Source: Nitrospirota bacterium (GTDB lineage Bacteria > Nitrospirota > Thermodesulfovibrionia > UBA6902). Taken from it: a DNA stretch of 64,000 nucleotides. Shown here piece by piece: positions 58,618-64,000 of the stretch (its first letter is position 1; each line of letters opens with the position of its first letter). The position numbers and the translations under genes were made by a program. The notes beneath the pieces were generated by a model. That model was not told where the DNA came from. It was given only the letters and a program-made list of their open reading frames with translations, and did no database searches. Where the stretch lies: NCBI GenBank assembly GCA_016214845.1, contig JACRMS010000003.1:24110-88109 (forward strand), given 5' to 3'.

Positions 58618-59630
58618 TTCTTTACTTCAGTGTGTTCAGGAAATTGTTTACTGACACAATCGGGACAAAGGCCGTGAGTGAATTCGGCGTCCGTGCGCTC
58701 GCGGATGTAATCATCAACCTGCTTCCAGTAGCCGCCGTCATCACGGATCTTTTTGCATGAGCAGCAGATAGGGAGCAGCCCGCTCAGGGTCTTGACCCTG
58801 ACGAGAGCATCCGTAAGATCAAAGATCAGTTTATTACGCTCTTCTTCAAGCTTCTTTTGTTCGGTGATGTCCCTGACAACGTGGACCAGGCCGATGATTT
58901 GTCTGTCTTCCCCAAAACGCGGGAGCGACTTTATTTCAAGACATTTTCTCAGGTTCGGCTCAAACATTTCCGTGGTGGTGGGCAAACCGGTCTTTAAGGT
59001 CCTGCAGCTTGGGCAGTTCTCAGGCGGGGAAGCTGACCCGTGGTAGGATTCATAGCATTTATGTTTCAGGAGTTTCAGGAATTCCGAATCAAGCATTTCT
59101 TTTGCCGCCTTATTGGCGCGCACTATATTAAAATCCATATCGTGAATAGTTATTGCCTCGTTAATGATATCGAAGGTCTCTTTCCATTCTTTTTTCTCCT
59201 GGAAGATCAGGTGCTCCAACTGCGTGTGAATAGTCACGTCCCTTACAACCTCCATACCGGCAACGGTCCTTCCTGATGAGTCTTTAATGGCCGAAGAAGT
59301 AATTTCAACGATCAGCTTTCCGTTTTTGGAAGGGTTGGTCCTCACGGCTGTGTGGACCCTCCCGTCTTCAAATGATTTCGTTAAAGGGCAGGCTTCACAA
59401 ATGTTGTCTCTTTTTTCAAAAGCGCTGTAACAGAATTCACCGACATGATTTCCTATGATGTCTATCGCCTTTTTGTTCTGATATAAGATCCTGTAATCCG
59501 TGTCCTGGATGCTTATCCCGTCTCCAACGGCCTCAAGTATCCCGTGTCCGACAATTTTTTCTATGAGCTGTTTCCCGGTCTTGGCTTTTGCCTTCATTCT
59601 GTCCATCCCCTCTTCAGACTTTGGTTGCAA
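58569..59630 (-). CDS. tandem-PAS signalling protein with a C-terminal Cys4 module (LPICCSCKKIRDDGGYW...HGLCPDC)
   Basis: Two PAS-like segments (...GISIQDTDYRILYQN... and ...AITIHDMDFNIVRAN...). Coiled-coil linker. Conserved-looking C-terminal CxxC...CxxC. The last ~17 codons run through a repeat element. Confidence 0.65.
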   Translation of the reverse strand: MQPKSEEGMDRMKAKAKTGKQLIEKIVGHGILEAVGDGISIQDTDYRILYQNKKAIDIIGNHVGEFCYSAFEKRDNICEACPLTKSFEDGRVHTAVRTNPSKNGKLIVEITSSAIKDSSGRTVAGMEVVRDVTIHTQLEHLIFQEKKEWKETFDIINEAITIHDMDFNIVRANKAAKEMLDSEFLKLLKHKCYESYHGSASPPENCPSCRTLKTGLPTTTEMFEPNLRKCLEIKSLPRFGEDRQIIGLVHVVRDITEQKKLEEERNKLIFDLTDALVRVKTLSGLLPICCSCKKIRDDGGYWKQVDDYIRERTDAEFTHGLCPDCVSKQFPEHTEVKKGNSVKVQKLRSTKVQ

Positions 59631-59717
59631 GGTTAATGTTTTTCATCGTTATAATTTCTTTATCAAAAAGCTTCCTGCTTGTCTATCGTAAATTTACTTT
59701 GCCGCATCGGGGACCTT

Positions 59718-60176
59718 TCACTTTACCCTCTGTATCCTTCTGATTATTTCGCTTGTGGATATCCCCTCAACAAAGGGGATTGTGCGTACTTCTTTAGCAA
59801 TGTCCGCCCCGACGATATCTTTTACGTCCCAGTCCGCGCCTTTAACAAGCACGTCCGGTTGAATATTTTTTATAAGCTCATACGGGGTGTCTTCGTCAAA
59901 AAGCGTCACGTAATCAACCATGTATAATGCCGCGAGGACTTCCGCCCTCTCCTTTTCCGGATTAACGGGCCTGCCGGGTTTGATGCTTGAAACTGAACGG
60001 TCCGAATTCAGCCCTATGACGAGGATGTCCCCGAGCTTTTTGGCCCCGGTCAGATAGCGGACATGCCCCACGTGAATAATGTCAAAGCAGCCGTTGGTAA
60101 AGACGATCCTGCTGCCTTGCTGCTTTAACTTGTCTATAATATTTTTCAACGCTGCCCTGTCAACGATCTTATTCAT
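59718..60176 (-). CDS. rfaE2: D-glycero-beta-D-manno-heptose 1-phosphate adenylyltransferase (RfaE domain II type)
   Basis: Cytidylyltransferase motif FTNGCFDIIHVGHVRYL. 152 aa. Confidence 0.8.
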   Translation of the reverse strand: MNKIVDRAALKNIIDKLKQQGSRIVFTNGCFDIIHVGHVRYLTGAKKLGDILVIGLNSDRSVSSIKPGRPVNPEKERAEVLAALYMVDYVTLFDEDTPYELIKNIQPDVLVKGADWDVKDIVGADIAKEVRTIPFVEGISTSEIIRRIQRVK

Positions 60177-60185
60177 TGCAGTCCA

Positions 60186-60223
60186 TTTTAAATTTTAAAT
60201 CTTAAATTTGCAATTTCAAATTC
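60186..60223. repeat. AT-rich heptad tandem repeat (TTTTAAA TTTTAAA TCTTAAA TTTGCAA TTTCAAA)
   Basis: Five related 7-mers in the divergent region between rfaE2 and the phosphomannomutase gene. Confidence 0.75.
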
Positions 60224-60275
60224 AGTGCGCCTGATGTATGTTATAATTTACGACTGTAAATTCAAAGGAGGCCTA

Positions 60276-61649
60276 ATGATAAATCCGGCTATCTTCAGGC
60301 AATACGACATCAGAGGTGTATGGGAAAAGGATTTAACTCCTGAGGTAGTCGAACTTATAGGCAGGGGGTTTGCCTCGTATCTGCGTAAGTCAATTAAAAG
60401 AGACCGGGCAAAGATAAGCATTGGAAGGGACGCAAGGCTGCATTCTCCGGCGATTAGAGACAGTCTTATCAGGGGCTTAACAAGTTCCGGGATCGATATC
60501 GTTGACCTCGGTGTTTGTCCGACACCCCTTCAATACTACTCAATGCATAAACTTCAGCTTGACGGCGGCGTGATGATTACCGGCAGCCATAATCCCCCGG
60601 AATTTAATGGATTTAAGCTGAGCGTCGGAAGGACCACTATTTTCGGAGACGCGATACAGGAGATCAGGAAAATCATAGACGCAAATGCCCTTATGAACGG
60701 AAGCGGCAAGGTTGAAACATATCCGGTAATTGACGACTATATTAGTTTTATAAAAAATAAATTTGAAAGCCTTTCAGGACTCAGGGTCGTAGTTGACGCC
60801 GGCAACGGCACAGGAGGTCTTGTCGCGCCTCAGATCATGAAGGCCCTTGGGGCAGAGGTAATAGAGCTTTACTGCGAGCCTGACGGGAATTTTCCGAACC
60901 ACCATCCCGATCCAACCGTGGAAAAATATCTCACTGACCTCATTGCAAAGGTCAAAGAACTGAAGGCCCATGTCGGTTTCGGTTATGACGGAGACGCTGA
61001 CAGGATCGGCGCCATTGACGAGGACGGCAATATCATCTGGGGTGATAAATTAATGATAATCTTTTCGCGGGACATCCTCAAAGACAACCCCGGGGCAAAG
61101 ATAATCGGCGAAGTAAAATGCTCCCAGACCCTTTATGACGATATCTCGGCCCACGGCGGGGTCCCTGTGATGTGGAAGACCGGACACTCTCTTATCAAAG
61201 AAAAACTTAAGAAGGAGCATGCCCTGCTTGCCGGCGAAATGAGCGGGCACCTGTTTTTCGCCCACAGATATTTAGGCTACGATGACGCGATCTATGCAAG
61301 TCTGAGGCTCCTTGAGATCATAAAGAAGGCCGGTTTGCCATACAGTACGAAGGCCTTGTTGCAAGATGTCCCTCACACCGTTGCGACTCCTGAGATAAGG
61401 TTTGACTGCCCTGATGAGATCAAATTCAAGATAGCCGAAAAAGCCCAGGAGGCGTTTAATGAGTACCCGTCAATCACCATTGACGGCATCAGGATCCAGT
61501 TTGACGACGGGTGGGCGCTCATCCGGGCTTCCAACACCCAACCCGTCCTGGTCCTGCGCTTCGAGGCAAAAAATGAAGCCCGCCTTTTGGAGATCAGAAA
61601 TTTTGTTGAATCACGGTTAAATCAAATAATTGAGGGACATAGGTCTTGA
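60276..61649 (+). CDS. phosphomannomutase/phosphoglucomutase
   Basis: AAGGAGG before ATG 60276. FRQYDIRG, active-site TGSHNPPEFNGFK, Mg site GYDGDADR, GEMSGH. Confidence 0.9.
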   Translation: MINPAIFRQYDIRGVWEKDLTPEVVELIGRGFASYLRKSIKRDRAKISIGRDARLHSPAIRDSLIRGLTSSGIDIVDLGVCPTPLQYYSMHKLQLDGGVMITGSHNPPEFNGFKLSVGRTTIFGDAIQEIRKIIDANALMNGSGKVETYPVIDDYISFIKNKFESLSGLRVVVDAGNGTGGLVAPQIMKALGAEVIELYCEPDGNFPNHHPDPTVEKYLTDLIAKVKELKAHVGFGYDGDADRIGAIDEDGNIIWGDKLMIIFSRDILKDNPGAKIIGEVKCSQTLYDDISAHGGVPVMWKTGHSLIKEKLKKEHALLAGEMSGHLFFAHRYLGYDDAIYASLRLLEIIKKAGLPYSTKALLQDVPHTVATPEIRFDCPDEIKFKIAEKAQEAFNEYPSITIDGIRIQFDDGWALIRASNTQPVLVLRFEAKNEARLLEIRNFVESRLNQIIEGHRS

Positions 61650-61827
61650 TAGGTAGACTTCCTTTTATTATTGAGATGTTTTTTGGCCCACGCCCTGCAG
61701 GCCACCGGTTCCTTTTTTAACTTACAGTAACATCTCTTATGCGCCAATTCATGAAAAGCTTGTGACCTTGTAATTTTCCCGAGAATATGGTAATTTTTCA
61801 AGTTATATAAAGATAAGGGGGAGCCTT

Positions 61828-62046
61828 ATGAAACATGACGATATAATAAATGCTTTAAGAAGTGAAAATGAAGAGTTCAGGAGACTTGAAGAGGACCACA
61901 GGAAACTTGACAAGGCCCTTGATGAAATGAATAAGAAAAAGTATCTCACAGCGGAGGAAGAAGTCGAAAAAAAGAAAATGCAAAAACAAAAGCTTCAGCA
62001 TAAAGACCGTATAGCTCAGCTTATCAGGGAATACCAACCAGGTTGA
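61828..62046 (+). CDS. DUF465 (YdcH-like) small coiled-coil protein
   Basis: 72 aa. ...FRRLEEDHRKLDKALDEMNKKKYLTAEEEVEKKKMQKQKLQHKDRIAQLI pattern. RBS GGGGGAG. Confidence 0.7.
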   Translation: MKHDDIINALRSENEEFRRLEEDHRKLDKALDEMNKKKYLTAEEEVEKKKMQKQKLQHKDRIAQLIREYQPG

Positions 62047-62128
62047 AAATTGAAAGTTAAAAGTGTAAAGTTGTTTTCTGTTTCCACTTTTAACTCTTAA
62101 TTTTTAACTGTCAACTCTTAACTTGTTT
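62044..62128. repeat. heptad palindrome between DUF465 and ilvD
   Basis: aaaattgaaagttaaaagtgtaaagttg ... cacttttaactcttaatttttaactgtcaactcttaacttg. Confidence 0.85.
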
Positions 62129-62133
62129 ATATT

Positions 62134-63810
62134 ATGAAAAGCAATTCGATAAAAAAAGGGCTGGAAAGACTGCCTCACCGGGCGCTGCTCTACGCCACTG
62201 GGATCCCTCGCACTGAAATGGACAAGCCTTTCATCGGCGTGGCAACAAGCTTCACGGACATCATCCCCGGACACATAGGCATGAGAGACCTTGAAAGGTT
62301 TATAGAAAAAGGCGTCCATGCAGGCGGAGGTTATCCGTTCTTCTTCGGGATCCCCGGCATCTGCGATGGTATCGCAATGGGCCACAGCGGAATGCACTAC
62401 AGCCTTCCTTCGAGGGAGCTGATCGCAGATATGGTGGAGACCATTGCTCAGGCGCACCAGTTTGACGGGCTGGTGCTTCTTACAAATTGCGACAAGATTA
62501 CCCCCGGAATGCTTATGGCCGCGGCGAGAGTGAATGTCCCTTCAATAGTTGTTACCGCAGGGCCGATGTATTCAGGCCATTTGCGGGGCAAGAGACTTTC
62601 ACTTGTTAATGACACATTTGAGGCAATAGGAAAATATAAAAAGGGATTGCTGAAGAAGTCGGAACTGGAAGACCTCGAGATGTGCGCCTGTCCCGGCGCG
62701 GGTTCCTGTCAGGGTATGTACACGGCAAACACAATGGCTTGCGTAACCGAGTCTCTCGGCATGAGCCTTCCCGGCTGCGCGACTGCCCTGGCGGTCTCAG
62801 CGCAAAAGCGCAGGATCGCATTTAACAGCGGCAGCAGGATTGTTGAGCTTATAAAAAAGGATATGACTCCAAAAAAGATAATGACCCGTAAGGCGTTTGA
62901 AAATGCGATAACGGTTGATCTGGCCCTCGGAGGCTCAACCAACACAGTGTTACATATCCCCGCAATAGCTCATGAGGCCAAAGTAAATTTGACCCTGGAA
63001 CTGTTTGACAGGATAAGCAAGAGGACTCCGCATATCTCAAACATGCTGCCCGGAGGCACGCATTATCTTGAGGACCTGGATTTTGCCGGCGGAATACCCG
63101 CGGTGCTGAAGAGATTGAAATCCGGCCTCAATAATGTTATTACTGTTTCAGGGCAGAAGATATACGAAATCGCTGATGGCGCCGAGATCACTGATGAAGA
63201 GGTCATCAGGCCTCTTGATAAGGCCCATCGCAAACAGGGCGGCATCGCAGTATTAAGAGGCTCTCTTGCCCCTGACGGCGCTGTTGTAAAACAAACGGCT
63301 GTCAGCGAAAAAATGCTCAAGTTCCAGGGCAGGGCCAAGGTGTTTAATTCAGAAGAAGAGACAATGAAGGCAATACTCTCAGGAAAGATCAAACCAGGCG
63401 ACGTCGTCATAATCCGCTATGAAGGGCCCAAAGGCGGCCCGGGCATGAGAGAGATGCTGAGCCCCACGTCCGCAATCGCGGGAATGGGATTAAGTGACTC
63501 CGTTGCCTTGATCACTGACGGACGTTTCTCAGGAGGAACGAGAGGTCCCTGTATCGGACATGTCTCGCCGGAGGCAATGGAAGGCGGGCCGATCTCTATC
63601 GTAAAAAATGGAGATATGATAGAGATTGATATTACTAACAGAAAGCTGAATTTACTCCTCAGCGATAAAGAAATTAAAAAGAGGTTTAAAACGCACGTCC
63701 CGGTAAAACCAAAAATAAACAACGGCTGGCTTGCAAGATATGCTTCTCTGGTAACATCCGCAAGCACCGGCGCGGTGATGAAGTCAGGGAGTGATATAGT
63801 CAAGAAGTGA
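62134..63810 (+). CDS. ilvD: dihydroxy-acid dehydratase
   Basis: [59 protein letters not shown]. Confidence 0.95.
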   Translation: MKSNSIKKGLERLPHRALLYATGIPRTEMDKPFIGVATSFTDIIPGHIGMRDLERFIEKGVHAGGGYPFFFGIPGICDGIAMGHSGMHYSLPSRELIADMVETIAQAHQFDGLVLLTNCDKITPGMLMAAARVNVPSIVVTAGPMYSGHLRGKRLSLVNDTFEAIGKYKKGLLKKSELEDLEMCACPGAGSCQGMYTANTMACVTESLGMSLPGCATALAVSAQKRRIAFNSGSRIVELIKKDMTPKKIMTRKAFENAITVDLALGGSTNTVLHIPAIAHEAKVNLTLELFDRISKRTPHISNMLPGGTHYLEDLDFAGGIPAVLKRLKSGLNNVITVSGQKIYEIADGAEITDEEVIRPLDKAHRKQGGIAVLRGSLAPDGAVVKQTAVSEKMLKFQGRAKVFNSEEETMKAILSGKIKPGDVVIIRYEGPKGGPGMREMLSPTSAIAGMGLSDSVALITDGRFSGGTRGPCIGHVSPEAMEGGPISIVKNGDMIEIDITNRKLNLLLSDKEIKKRFKTHVPVKPKINNGWLARYASLVTSASTGAVMKSGSDIVKK

Positions 63811-63829
63811 AAGTGTGAATATTTTGCAG

Positions 63830-63902
63830 GCGTCATTCCCGCAGTCAGTTAGCGGGAATCCAGAGCAATAAGACTGGATTCCGGGTCAAGCCCGGAATGA
63901 CA
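63830..63902. repeat. GTCATTCC...GGAATGAC multi-hairpin REP-like element (between ilvD and ilvB)
   Basis: gtcattcc cgcagtcagttagcg ggaatccagagcaataagactggattcc gggtcaagccc ggaatgac. Confidence 0.8.
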
Positions 63903-63935
63903 TTTAAGCAACTGAATGTTGCTTAGGGAGATTAA

Positions 63936-64000
63936 ATGAAAAAGAGCGGCGCAGAGATATTAATTGAATGTCTGAAAAAAGAAGGGGTGAAACACGTCTT
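63936..64000 (+). CDS. ilvB: acetolactate synthase large subunit, N-terminal fragment (runs off the window)
   Basis: GGGAG RBS. MKKSGAEILIECLKKEGVKHV is a typical ThDP-enzyme N-terminus located downstream of ilvD. Only 21 codons are visible. Confidence 0.55.
   Translation, partial: MKKSGAEILIECLKKEGVKHV

Noticed and set aside
1-64000. Search for mobile-element boundaries that would mark the islands as horizontally acquired (integrase, transposase, tRNA attachment site, long direct repeats).
   Set aside because: None was seen in the window. The two OmcS-like paralogues are diverged (about 60-65% protein identity) rather than recent duplicates, so no mobile element is claimed.

Overview
This is a densely coding 64-kb window. 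I call 59 CDS. I found no rRNA, tRNA, CRISPR array, transposase or integrase. The gene content (many multihaem cytochromes, sigma-54 control, an HgcAB-like pair, radical-SAM enzymes) suggests an uncultivated anaerobic bacterium. That taxonomic guess is inference only.

The window falls into six blocks:
1. 1-18.1 kb: an extracellular-electron-transfer island. Two OmcS-like cytochrome paralogues sit at 3..533 and 14270..15346. Between them lie an NHL propeller, a YVTN propeller, an outer-membrane barrel, three CsgG/LpoB-like lipoproteins, a double-parvulin chaperone and 26- and 16-haem cytochromes; 9- and 7-haem cytochromes follow the second paralogue.
2. 18.2-25 kb: an amino-acid ABC binding protein and two permeases, plus a PhnD-like binding protein, a histidine kinase and a sigma-54 activator.
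3. 25.1-42 kb: a radical-SAM and corrinoid island. It holds three ArsS-like radical-SAM paralogues (one fused to two AhpD/CMD domains), two BioB-like radical-SAM paralogues, DUF3795 and C_GCAxxG proteins, an HgcA/HgcB-like pair with an altered cap helix, and a Liv-type ABC importer.
4. 42-52.7 kb: a YVTN propeller, ArsR, a protease, cytochrome c, an arsenite-oxidase-like Rieske plus molybdopterin pair, and a Rieske/cytochrome b complex with an octahaem subunit.
5. 52.8-58.6 kb: a four-gene synthase-dependent exopolysaccharide module.
6. 58.6-64 kb: a PAS protein, rfaE2, phosphomannomutase, DUF465, ilvD and the start of ilvB.

The non-coding layer is unusual:
- At least 16 palindromic elements are built from 7-nt (once 8-nt) tandem words. 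Several are translated as signal peptides.
- Five GTCAT...ATGAC multi-hairpin repeats are present.
- Four copies of a conserved two-hairpin leader/terminator RNA motif are present.
- Three sigma-54 promoter-like sites are present.
- Palindromic elements are inserted in frame inside a cytochrome gene.

All family assignments come from motifs read by eye. No database search was run.
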